Shown piece after piece: positions 49,354-59,093 of a DNA stretch of 64,000 nucleotides (its first letter is position 1; each line of letters opens with the position of its first letter). A model generated the notes under the pieces. The model made no database searches and was not told where the DNA came from. It saw only the letters and a list, made by a program, of their open reading frames with translations. The stretch comes from a virus. The stretch lies in the IMG/VR virus record IMGVR_UViG_3300049719_000183, positions 1 to 64,000 of that record, one strand, 5' to 3'. The position numbers and the translations under genes were made by a program.

Positions 49354-49929
49354 ATGCACCACGATACCATGTACGAACCCACCAACAACAATACGAGGAA
49401 CGTCCTCGGCGTCCTCTTCGCCTTCGTAGCAGCCCTCATCCTCATTGCTGACGGCACCTTCACCGTACTCGGCAACTACGAGTACAGCAAGAGCATCGAG
49501 TCCTATTGGAGCCTGGCCGACAAGGCTTCCACCATCCCGCAGAAGTCCACGTACATTGACAAGTTCGTGGCAGCTCTGGAGGCATCTTCGCTGCAGGGCC
49601 AGCACAACGCTGTGGTGCTCGACACACCCGACAACAGTTTCGACAGCAACCTCGAAGCACTGAAGACGCTGCAAACCCGCCTGCACGAGATAGCGGGCAT
49701 GGATGTCACGTCATTCCAGTACCAGACGGCCATACAGCAGATAACAGGACAGGAGCAGGGTGAGGCTCACCATCTGCTGGGCATATTCGAGGGCTGCTGG
49801 TGGAAGGTGCACCACTTCTTCCTGTGGGGCTGGGTGGGCTGCATCAATGTGCTTGGCTCCATTATTCTCTTCATCGTTGGTCTCTGCATGCGCTTCGCTG
49901 ACGTACTCACAATGGCCAAGGCTTTCTAA
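49354..49929 (+). CDS. two-TM membrane protein
   Basis: N- and C-terminal hydrophobic helices around a soluble domain. Confidence 0.7.
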   Translation: MHHDTMYEPTNNNTRNVLGVLFAFVAALILIADGTFTVLGNYEYSKSIESYWSLADKASTIPQKSTYIDKFVAALEASSLQGQHNAVVLDTPDNSFDSNLEALKTLQTRLHEIAGMDVTSFQYQTAIQQITGQEQGEAHHLLGIFEGCWWKVHHFFLWGWVGCINVLGSIILFIVGLCMRFADVLTMAKAF

Positions 49930-51200
49930 TGAGCTTCGGTGTCAAACGCAACGTGTCCGCTGCCCTCAAGCGTGTGGGCGCTGAGATAGCTGGCATGTCG
50001 CATGGCAGCCTGTACGCAGGCGAACGATTTCCTCAGTCTCTTCGAGGAGCTGAACACCGACCCTGACCTAGGCACTCCGAAGGGCAGCCTGATAGGGCGC
50101 ATGGGTGTGGACGTGTTCCTCATGGCAGCCACGCCTGAGATGATGGCTGACACGATCTCCAAGCTGGGCACCTCGGAGGTGTAGATTGTTGTTTACAAAA
50201 ACAGGAACCGTGATAGGAGTTAGGCAATGAGCCTTCCGTTCATTTTCCGTGTTCAGCCCTGCTCCTACAAGGGGTACAGCCTGCTACAGTGGAAGGAGGC
50301 TGACGATCCCGACTTCGAGCCGATCAAGAACTCCCTGCAAATGCCAACGGAGGTGGCACAACATATCGTGAAGACGAGGTTGCTGTCGAAACTGCTCGAC
50401 CCGGACGGCAAGAGCGACGCGGGGGAGTTGGCGCTAGTCCACAAGTGGATATATTCGGAAGCCAGTGAAGACGACCAGCGGACCATGCTGGCCGAACTTC
50501 GCGCCCACACGGCGGCTGCGGTCGCCAGCAGGGACGCGGAGATTATCCGCAGGCTAGACGATCGTATCGCAGTAGTCCGCGCCGCAATTTCAGGGGGTGC
50601 CCGATGAGCACGCTTACCGAACGGATGAGGGAACCAGCCTTTGAGAATATCAAGTGCCTGTTGCACGAAGCCGCATCCGCAATCGAGGCGCTGCAGCGCG
50701 AGCTTGCTGACCTGCGCAACAGCTCGCCGCAAATCATGGACGACCTTGGCTTGAGCGAAGACAGGGGCATCGCCTTGTCGCCACGCTCACCTACAAGCCC
50801 AACTCCAACATGAAGACCCGGGCCGATAAGTTCGACGCCATCGAACATGGGTTCATCGACAACAACATCCCTGTTCCACGGTTTGAATGATGAAGCCTTA
50901 CCTGATCAATTCCGCTGTTCGTGAGACCACCAGCGACCTGCGTTGGGTGCACCGTGATGCGCCCAACCCAAGCCCCGACAACATCGACATCTACCCACCA
51001 TCCACCATCCCGAACGCCAAGCTTCAACAGCGTCGAGTGATGGTGGACTACTGGCGCGCCGGTCGGAAGAGGGGGCAGTGCCCCAGGCACATTGCCAGTC
51101 AAATCAAGTACGTGGTGGGGGGTTCTGGCGACGACATCGAATACGTGTACATGACCGAGCGGAGCGAGTGGTTCGATGTGGGGTTCATCGATTATCGCAA

Positions 51201-51713
51201 ATGAAGATACTCGACATGTCCGCAGGCCACAGGGCCATCTGGTTCAACAAGAATCAGCCCAACACCACCTATGTGGACATCCGTCCCGAGGTGAAGCCCA
51301 CCGTGTGCGCCGACACCACCAAGGATCTGGCTGCAGCCGTGGGCGTGGGGTATAACCTCATCGTGTTCGATCCACCCCATGTGAACGGCGGCAAGAATAG
51401 CCACATCTCCCGTGACTATGGCCACCACACCACGGCGCAGATTAGGCGCATCGTGCAGGAGAGCGCCCTGCAGGCCTGGTGGGTGAGCGAGAAGGATGCC
51501 GTCATGAGCTTCAAGTGGAACGACCATGACCAGAAGCTGGAGGCCATGTTGAAGCTGATGGACCCGTTCTGGGAACCCCTGGTGGGCTACAAAACCGCCA
51601 GCCGCCTGAAGCACAGGAGCAGCACGCAGTGGGTTCTTCTCAAGCGCCGTCCCGTCTATCCACTGCATCCACTGCACCAAAACTATAGGCGACTATCCCC
51701 TGACGACACGTAA
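51201..51713 (+). CDS. small SAM-dependent (DNA) methyltransferase
   Basis: KILDMSAGHR and LIVFDPPH motifs. Confidence 0.8.
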   Translation: MKILDMSAGHRAIWFNKNQPNTTYVDIRPEVKPTVCADTTKDLAAAVGVGYNLIVFDPPHVNGGKNSHISRDYGHHTTAQIRRIVQESALQAWWVSEKDAVMSFKWNDHDQKLEAMLKLMDPFWEPLVGYKTASRLKHRSSTQWVLLKRRPVYPLHPLHQNYRRLSPDDT

Positions 51714-52786
51714 CCCATGAAAACCTCAATTGACCTAATTGCCCCCGCGAGCGCGGCGACGGCTGGCGACCGAGAGTGCGCATTGCAGGTAATGCGGGCA
51801 GTCCGCAATATGGCGCCAGCAGTAGAAGCCTTCGACGTAGTTCTCGGCTTAGAGTACGCAAAGGCAGCCGGAGACATCATCGCCGCCCACTGTGCCGCCG
51901 CACGGGCAGAAGCGGAGAGGGCTAAGGCTCTAAACACGCGGCTGATTAGGGAACTTGCCGATAAAACGACTCCTCCCACAGACGAACTAACCGGACTACC
52001 ACTATGAACGACGAGCAAGAACAAGCCACAGATTCAGCTCCTATCGAGGATTGGGTGGTATGCCCTAAATGCCTCAAGGAAGTCCCGATGCACAGGGCTC
52101 ACTATTGCGTCAGGGTTACCATCACGACACCCGAATACGAAGTGACGCCGGAGCGTTTAGTTGAGCTATTGCATGACGCTCGCAGCAAGACCAAGGAGGC
52201 CAACCGAAGGGACTTTGAATCGAGCGCCGAGCTCGCCGCCCACGTTGCCGCCGCTACGGCCAAGGAGAGGCAAGCGCGGGAATTGGCGGAGGGGGAGAAC
52301 GCGAGGCTGAAAGCGAAACTGCACTCTGTCACCCTTGCCGTTGATGGGTACGTGGACGGTGCGCCCGACTGCAACGCAGTCTCCAAGCTGGCCAACCAAG
52401 TATCGCTAATCATCAACCCACCTGCGTACCCATGAAACTAAAGATCGCCAACCGTATACGCGAAATATACAATCAGATTGAGGAAGGGGAGCCCGACATA
52501 TCCACCGAAAGGCTGCTCTGTCAAACTGCTGACCAACATAATTTGTGTTATGGAACAGAGTTCGATAACAGCGACGTGGTAGATGCATTAATCACCACGG
52601 GGGAACTCAAGGAATCCCCGCCCGCCGTTAGCGGCGAGTGCCTACCTGTCGCCAAGGGATAATCACCAAACTATATGAGCTACATCGACAAACACGAAGC
52701 TAATGTCCGCGAACAAATCGCGGCTGGAAACATGGACTACCTGCGAGTCGAGCTTGCGGAGGCACGGAAGGAAATAGCGTTCCGAG

Positions 52787-53644
52787 ATGATGCTTGAGGA
52801 CACAGCAGAGACCAGGCTGGCCCAGACGCTCTTCTGCGTGGAGGCCACGAGTTTCGAGAGGTACTCGCTGTGGTGCAACTATGCCCACCATAGCCATAGC
52901 AGGCTACCCGGGGTGACGCCCATCAAGTGGGAGCAAGCGTACAAGCCAGATGGTTGGCTCGTCACTGTGGGCAAGCTGGCCAAGAAGCCCGTGTGCATCG
53001 ACATCAGCTGGGACAGGCTTGACGGCCAGATGATCTGCTTCTACCGTGGCTGCAGTCGGGTGACTGACAGTGTCATGATCGAGAAGTGGATGAGGAAGCA
53101 TTTCAAGGGCGTGTGGGATGGGGGCAGACGGCTGGCCATGGAGGACGCACAGAACTTCCACACTGCATCCATGCTATCCAGGAGGCCAACAAATAAAGTC
53201 CCGCAATCACAACAATCAAGTTCATCCATGAGTTCATCCATGAGTGAGTGCATCAACACTTGGGACCAGCTGAACAAGGCCAAGGCGATGGGCCTGGTGC
53301 CTGTGGCCATTGGCCCGTACAAGACGGGCACACGCAAACTTTACGTGGGCGGTCTATTATTCCGCATAGGTGCTTTGCCATGTCTCCCGATGGCTGCCGG
53401 TGTGAAAGTGTGGCATCTCACCGAGGCCACGGATCCGAAGGAGAACTCCTGGTGTGAACTAGGCACCAAGAAGTTCCGACTGATCGGGGCCGAAGGTGAC
53501 ACCTATCACCAACGCATGAAGTGGCTCATCGAGCAGGCCAAGGCCTGGGTGAAGGACAGGTATGGTGTGGTGGAGTGGGAGCGCAACCGTTCTGGTGATC
53601 TTGTCCCTGCACCTGTAAACACAAAATACCCCCTGGCAAAATGA
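52787..53644 (+). CDS. probably two genes fused by a 1-bp frameshift near 53160
   Basis: NFH continues in a shifted frame as HCIHAIQEANK*; the second gene starts around MSECINTW. Confidence 0.45.
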   Translation: MMLEDTAETRLAQTLFCVEATSFERYSLWCNYAHHSHSRLPGVTPIKWEQAYKPDGWLVTVGKLAKKPVCIDISWDRLDGQMICFYRGCSRVTDSVMIEKWMRKHFKGVWDGGRRLAMEDAQNFHTASMLSRRPTNKVPQSQQSSSSMSSSMSECINTWDQLNKAKAMGLVPVAIGPYKTGTRKLYVGGLLFRIGALPCLPMAAGVKVWHLTEATDPKENSWCELGTKKFRLIGAEGDTYHQRMKWLIEQAKAWVKDRYGVVEWERNRSGDLVPAPVNTKYPLAK

Positions 53645-54552
53645 GACGAAGCCCTATGAACGATGGTGGCGCTCTCGATGACATCCGCACTGAGAAGGAT
53701 GAGATCGTGCAGGTTGAGACCAGCACATCGGCTGGTGGCCTCGACACGGTGTACATCCATGTGAACGGTCGAACCATCGTGCGCGTCATCTCGGCGGAGC
53801 CCATCCAGGCGAACCCACGGACACGGATGATCCAGAGAAGCCTCCGCTGCCATCCTGGCGGACCCACAGATTAACGGTGCCCGCGTTGTACGAGGCGTAG
53901 ATGAATGACAAATGAATAAAGACCTACCCTACCTGACGGAACAGGAAGCCGATACCATCTGCCTGTTCGGAGGCGGTGAACGGTGCTGCAGGTACCTGGT
54001 GATGGGCGCTGGTGGCCTGCAATGCGCCAAGCACGACTTCGGCCTGAGGATGACCCTTGACGCCCGCAAGGATATGGTGGCGAAGGGTGACAACTGTGAG
54101 GGCAAGCATGGCGAGGGCACCCTCACAGGTGGTGGATCGCTACGGGCTGTAATCGCTGTTCTGAGGAAAACATGAACATCATCTCTCGCATCATCTACAT
54201 CATCGTCTGCACGGGCACAGCCATGGTAGGTTACAGCATCCACCACAGTGTGGGCTGGGCCATCATTGACTGGCTGTTCTGGCCCGTTGCCTGGGTCAAG
54301 TGGCTCGTCTGTCACGAGGTGAGCCTGTCGCTCATCAAGTCCACCTTCTCTTTCTTCTTCACATGATGGCAGGCCAGCGCATTCGTGTCCGGATTCCGGG
54401 CACTGACGCTCTGACGAAGTCCAAGGAGGTGCTGCGTCTCTCGCCCAACGGGCTGCCTGTCGTACGCATCTGGTACCCCGATGGGGCGAGGGAGGAAACC
54501 GTAACAGACTTTGTGCTTGCGCCCCACACGACAAATCCTGTAAACACTTCCA

Positions 54553-54801
54553 ATGCCCAAGCCGAAGACAGCCTCAGCGCACAGGGTTGAAACGCGCCAC
54601 TCCAACTTCATGCTGAGCACCCACAAGGCTGTGCTGGTGCCTGCCCTGCATGAGGGCAAAATGGTACAGTTCAGAATGCCTTTCACCATGCAGAAGAGCC
54701 TGTTAGAGGCTTTCACACACAAGTACGAGAAGTGCCCGATGTGTCTGCTTGAGGAAGAGGTTCTTCAACCTGTCCACCGTAGATTCAATTTCGCCACATG
54801 A
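54553..54801 (+). CDS. small protein with CxxC and RRFNF tail
   Basis: ORF track; C-terminal QPVHRRFNFAT. Confidence 0.6.
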   Translation: MPKPKTASAHRVETRHSNFMLSTHKAVLVPALHEGKMVQFRMPFTMQKSLLEAFTHKYEKCPMCLLEEEVLQPVHRRFNFAT

Positions 54802-55281
54802 AAATCTCACTGAGCTGCATCTTTTGCGGGGCAAAGCACACGACCAGCGCTGTTGCTGAAGCGGGTTGGCGGGTGCGCTACGGCTCCATGGACATCCGCA
54901 ATGGTGTGCCTGCCAAGATTGAGGAGATGGTCATCAGTGACCCGGCCTCGCCCGAGTCCGGCCAGGCGCTGCTGGACGCCATTGACGGATACCTGGCCAA
55001 GTACGCCAAGGCTGGAAGCCCCTACGACCGCAGTTCTGTAAACAAATGCCCACCACCGGAACAGGAATGAGCGAACAGCAACCTGTCAGCGAGCGGGAGT
55101 TCCGCATGGGACGCCAGCTGGCTGCCACTCAGGAGGAACTGAAGGTGGTCCGTGAGACCGCCACCAGGCTGCTCGCCGCCATGTATCAGTCCACCAAGAT
55201 AACATCTGAGGACTTCAGGCAGGAGCGGGAACGCCTTCGGCAGTCAATGGAGTCCCCCAACAGGCCGACGCTACAGCCACT

Positions 55282-55719
55282 GTGAAGACGCTCGCCATAC
55301 TTCTCATCCTTGCCCATTTCTCCGGGGACTGGCTGCTGCAGACCCGTGCGATGGCCGAGAACAAGAGCCGTTATTTCACCACGCTGCTGTTCCACCTGGC
55401 CCTGATGCTTTCACCCATTGCGGCGGTGGTGATCATCCTTCACCCGATGCCAGCCAACCCTCTCGTGGGCGCTCTGTTCCTCTACGCCGTTGCCCATGGC
55501 ATACAGGACTGGTACCTGTGGCGTTTCTATGTCCAGATTCGGGGCGGTGACAATGCGTTCGAGGTGCCTACGGGTGGGCAGCCCTTCTGGCGTGGGCTAC
55601 AGGAGACGAAGGTGTATGCCACACCAAAGCTCAACATGCGCCACGACTACGCTTTCTACAGCACCATCGCCATCGACCAGATGCTGCACCTGGTGGTGCT
55701 GTTCTTGATCTTTCTCTGA
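55282..55719 (+). CDS. DUF3307-like membrane protein
   Basis: AHFSGDWLLQT..H..HGIQD..IDQMLHL. Confidence 0.75.
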   Translation: MKTLAILLILAHFSGDWLLQTRAMAENKSRYFTTLLFHLALMLSPIAAVVIILHPMPANPLVGALFLYAVAHGIQDWYLWRFYVQIRGGDNAFEVPTGGQPFWRGLQETKVYATPKLNMRHDYAFYSTIAIDQMLHLVVLFLIFL

Positions 55720-56048
55720 CATGAGAAAGCGTCATCCAAATGTGCACCAACTTGGCGGCAAGAATCTGGTGGACAGTTTGAGGGATGCCACGGGTAGGGA
55801 CGATCCTTACAGGCGGCTCAAGGACTGGGAGGCGCTGGCTGAGATACTTTGCACCCGGCCTCTCACCAAGAAGGAGTACTGGCCCAACGACTGGCACCAG
55901 GACTGCGGCTTCGTGGCGTTTCTCCTCCACAACCTGGAGACGACGCTGGAGGAATTGAACACGGGCAAGCGCATTGTGCTGCCCAAGACCAAGGAGCACG
56001 CTGTGCACATGATCCAGGTTGCTGAGGCCACTATCAAGTCACTGGCCG

Positions 56049-56375
56049 ATGCACCGACCGAGACGCAAGGGCAATAGGGGCAAGAAAAACCTCGTTTGGT
56101 ACGAGAAGTACGGCCCGGTTCCCAGGGCGCCCTGTTGCTGGTGCGGGCGCCTCATGAAGTTCAATGAGGCCACGCTGGAGCACGTCATCCCTCTAGGCAT
56201 GGGTGGCCGGGATCACCCCGACAATTGGGACATCAGCTGCTGGCGATGCAATCAGCGGGAGGGCAAGTGGGTGTCCCACTTCTGCAACAAGAGGAAGCGT
56301 GTCCAGGTGGAGGATCCCAAGTCTCGCTGGAAGACCTGGCTCAAGTCAGCCAGCAAGTGGCTAGGGGTATCGTGA
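56049..56375 (+). CDS. HNH endonuclease
   Basis: CCWCG..TLEHVIPLGMGG..NWDISCWRCN. Confidence 0.85.
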   Translation: MHRPRRKGNRGKKNLVWYEKYGPVPRAPCCWCGRLMKFNEATLEHVIPLGMGGRDHPDNWDISCWRCNQREGKWVSHFCNKRKRVQVEDPKSRWKTWLKSASKWLGVS

Positions 56376-56604
56376 CGGTGACACCGGAGAAACCGCCCTG
56401 TGTCACTGGCAGTGTCACCAGGAGCGTTGAGCCATCCGGGCCGTAGTTGATCTGCTGCACGGCGCTGGCCTGGGACGAATCACCGTAGTAAAACTCCACG
56501 TTGTTCCCCACTGTGGCTGTGAAGGTCTGGAAATTCTTGTCGGACACCATCGTGACACTGGTGATGACGTCCTGGGGATTGGTGGTGATGACAGGATTGG
56601 CCAT
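56341..56604 (-). CDS. small putative virion protein
   Basis: Thr/Val-rich beta-type sequence; TAGTTA-N4-ATG. Confidence 0.6.
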   Translation of the reverse strand: MANPVITTNPQDVITSVTMVSDKNFQTFTATVGNNVEFYYGDSSQASAVQQINYGPDGSTLLVTLPVTQGGFSGVTVTIPLATCWLT

Positions 56605-56635
56605 GCTCTAACTAAGGGGCATTCTAAGAGGGCCT

Positions 56636-57727
56636 ATGGCCTTCTTTCGACTCATTGAGGGTGACGCCATCGATGCCCTTAGGGACTTTCCTGCTGAGAG
56701 CGTTCATTGCGTCGTCACCAGCCCGCCCTATTGGGGCTTGCGTGACTACGGCACGGGCACCTGGGTGGGTGGTGATCCTGCCTGTCAGCACGCTGTGGGA
56801 AACCAGGTGGCCGACAACAAAGCGCCCGGCGCTATCACCACGGGTCAACGGCCAGGTGTCGATGCCAGCCACTGCCGCAAGTGTGGGGCGCTGCGAAAGG
56901 ACAAGCAGATTGGGTTGGAGAGCGAGCCCGAGGATTACATCGCCAGTATGGTGCGCGTCTTCCGTGAAGTGAAGCGAGTGCTCAGGGATGATGGCACGCT
57001 GTGGCTCAACATTGGGGACAGCTACAGTGGCTCAGGAAAGGGGCCTGCGGGCAATCTCGGCAGGAAGCACGATGAGCGTAACCTTTGGAAGGCGGCGGGC
57101 GGTGTGGTGAGCGCCAACGTGCCGAAGGGAACGAAGCCCAAGGATCTCGTGGGCATCCCGTGGATGCTGGCATTCGCCTTGAGAGCTGATGGCTGGTACC
57201 TCCGGTCTGACATCATCTGGTGCAAGCCCAACCCGATGCCCGAGAGCGTGAGGGACCGGCCCACGCGCAGCCATGAGTACATCTTCCTCCTGGCAAAAAG
57301 TCCTAACTATCACTACGACCATACGGCCATCATGGAGCCTGCCGTGGCCACCCACACGATGGGCAACAAGAAGCATCGCTACGTTGACGGCTACGAGGGC
57401 GGCACCGAGACGTTCAGGACCAAGGGCGGATTGATGGCGTACGCCGAGAAGACTCGCAAGAATCCACCCACCGTGCGCAACAGGCGCTCCGTGTGGACCG
57501 TGCAGACGAAGCCGTACGAGGAAGCTCACTTCGCTACGTTTCCACCCGAGCTGATAAAGCCGTGCGTGCTCGCTGGATGCCCCGAGGGCGGTGTGGTGTT
57601 GGACCCGTTCGCGGGCTCAGGCACCACAGGAGAAGTGGCCTTGGAGAATGGAAGGGGCGCTCTCCTGATAGAGCTTAACCCCGACTACTGCAAGCTGATA
57701 GAAAAGCGCACGGCGCACCTGTTGTAA
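56636..57727 (+). CDS. N4-C/N6-A DNA methyltransferase (beta class)
   Basis: VTSPPYWGLRDY, HFATFP and VLDPFAGSGTT motifs. Confidence 0.95.
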   Translation: MAFFRLIEGDAIDALRDFPAESVHCVVTSPPYWGLRDYGTGTWVGGDPACQHAVGNQVADNKAPGAITTGQRPGVDASHCRKCGALRKDKQIGLESEPEDYIASMVRVFREVKRVLRDDGTLWLNIGDSYSGSGKGPAGNLGRKHDERNLWKAAGGVVSANVPKGTKPKDLVGIPWMLAFALRADGWYLRSDIIWCKPNPMPESVRDRPTRSHEYIFLLAKSPNYHYDHTAIMEPAVATHTMGNKKHRYVDGYEGGTETFRTKGGLMAYAEKTRKNPPTVRNRRSVWTVQTKPYEEAHFATFPPELIKPCVLAGCPEGGVVLDPFAGSGTTGEVALENGRGALLIELNPDYCKLIEKRTAHLL

Positions 57728-57732
57728 TCTTG

Positions 57733-57760
57733 TTTACAAAACAGGATTTGTTGTTATACA
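57733..57760 (+). promoter_or_regulatory. promoter TTTACA-N16-TATACA
   Basis: Followed by GGAG and ATG 57767. Confidence 0.65.
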
Positions 57761-57954
57761 GGAGACATGCCCAAGTCACAGCCACAGTGGTATACTCTCC
57801 GCAGGACCACGACCAAAAAGGTGTTCGGCGTGCCGCCCACCGAGGTGCGTGACGCTGAGATTGAACTGGGCACAGCCCTTCAGAGCCTGATAAATCAGGC
57901 CGACAAGCTGTGTGAGTTGAGCCTCACGGCATCGAACAAGCTCCTGCTTACCTG

Positions 57955-58461
57955 ATGGGCTTCCTCGCACACATCTACGTCTACATGGACGCCTACCACG
58001 AGGCTGAGGCTGATCCTGCCGCATTCGGCAAGAGCCTCGTTGACGCCATACGCCGTGTCTCAGGTCTTGGTGGACCTGTCAGCTTGTGCGTGGGCTGCCA
58101 CGGCAATGGGGCCACAGTGATCGGTATCAAACACGCAGACGACGAGACAGTGCTCGTCCACAAGGGCAACTGTGTGGTGGATGTGCTGAGCCGGGACTTC
58201 GAGGCGTTCGTCAAGCGCTCTCCCGAGGTGGCTCAGGAGTTCCTGAAATCGGCTGAGTGGTCCGTCAAGGAGGCTCGCAGGCGCGTCTGGTGCGCTCAGC
58301 AGGAGGCCGCAGGCCTGAAGCCCAAGCCACCGAAGCCGCCCCGCCACTACCACAAGTGGTACCCCATTACGCACCAGCTCGTGGAACGCACCTGCAAAGA
58401 ATGTGGGTCCACCAGGAGGTGGAATGGAAAGAAGTGGGTGGTCAAACCCAAGAAGCCATGA
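57955..58461 (+). CDS. hypothetical protein
   Basis: 168-aa coupled ORF. Confidence 0.6.
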   Translation: MGFLAHIYVYMDAYHEAEADPAAFGKSLVDAIRRVSGLGGPVSLCVGCHGNGATVIGIKHADDETVLVHKGNCVVDVLSRDFEAFVKRSPEVAQEFLKSAEWSVKEARRRVWCAQQEAAGLKPKPPKPPRHYHKWYPITHQLVERTCKECGSTRRWNGKKWVVKPKKP

Positions 58462-58814
58462 GGCACGACGAGAAGCGCTATCTGTCAGCGCACAAGCACG
58501 TTCAGCTCATCACGGGCAACACGCTGGTCACCTTCCCCGTACTGTACGAGGAGGAGTACGACTACGCAGGGAGCGACGAGATGCACCACGCCCACCAGAT
58601 CGTGCTGGCCATGAACGTGAAGCCAGCCCGTATTGAAGGCGAGATGACCGAGGAGGCCAAAGCCGAGGCGTGGGACGACATTGCATTCCCGAAGTGGGTG
58701 CCAATGACGGAGGCCATCGAGCACCATCTGTTCGCCTTCACACTCGATGAGCGGGTGAACTACCAGGGTCCCAAGATATTTGCCAACTATGACTCCACGT
58801 TGCCCGTTGACTGA
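58458..58814 (+). CDS. hypothetical protein
   Basis: ATGA-coupled start MRHDEK. Confidence 0.6.
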   Translation: MRHDEKRYLSAHKHVQLITGNTLVTFPVLYEEEYDYAGSDEMHHAHQIVLAMNVKPARIEGEMTEEAKAEAWDDIAFPKWVPMTEAIEHHLFAFTLDERVNYQGPKIFANYDSTLPVD

Positions 58815-59093
58815 CATGACTGTCACTGATTTTCATAACAGGGAGCACGCCCACGCCATCCGTCGTTCCCTTCGGGACGCCAGCCTGTGGATTCACCAGA
58901 TAAAGGGCAACACACTGTCGCGGAAGACGCCCCTGGAGGTGATGGTGAACGACAAGGCGCTGGCTGCCATTGCCTCCCTTGAACAGGCTCTCCACCTCAT
59001 CGACACGCCTCCCGTTACGCCTGAGGGCGTGGTCTTCCTGAAGAAGGTGGTCGAGAGCGCGAGAAGCGCTGTTGACTGATCTGTAGTTAACGG

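Larger units (their letters stand above)
37831..59079 (+). other. array of dozens of short, translationally coupled + strand hypothetical genes (early/accessory region)
   Basis: Continuous ATGA/GTGA overlaps; TGTTTACA promoters at 43876, 45488, 48937, 50192 and 57733. Confidence 0.8.

Noticed and set aside
31398-53170. Frameshift scars at about 31398, 39110 and 53160 as programmed frameshifts
   Set aside because: No slippery heptamers or downstream structures were seen; more likely small deletions or consensus errors.
56049-57727. HNH plus methyltransferase as a restriction-modification system
   Set aside because: A small generic HNH separated from the MTase by an opposite-strand gene; both are common orphan phage genes.
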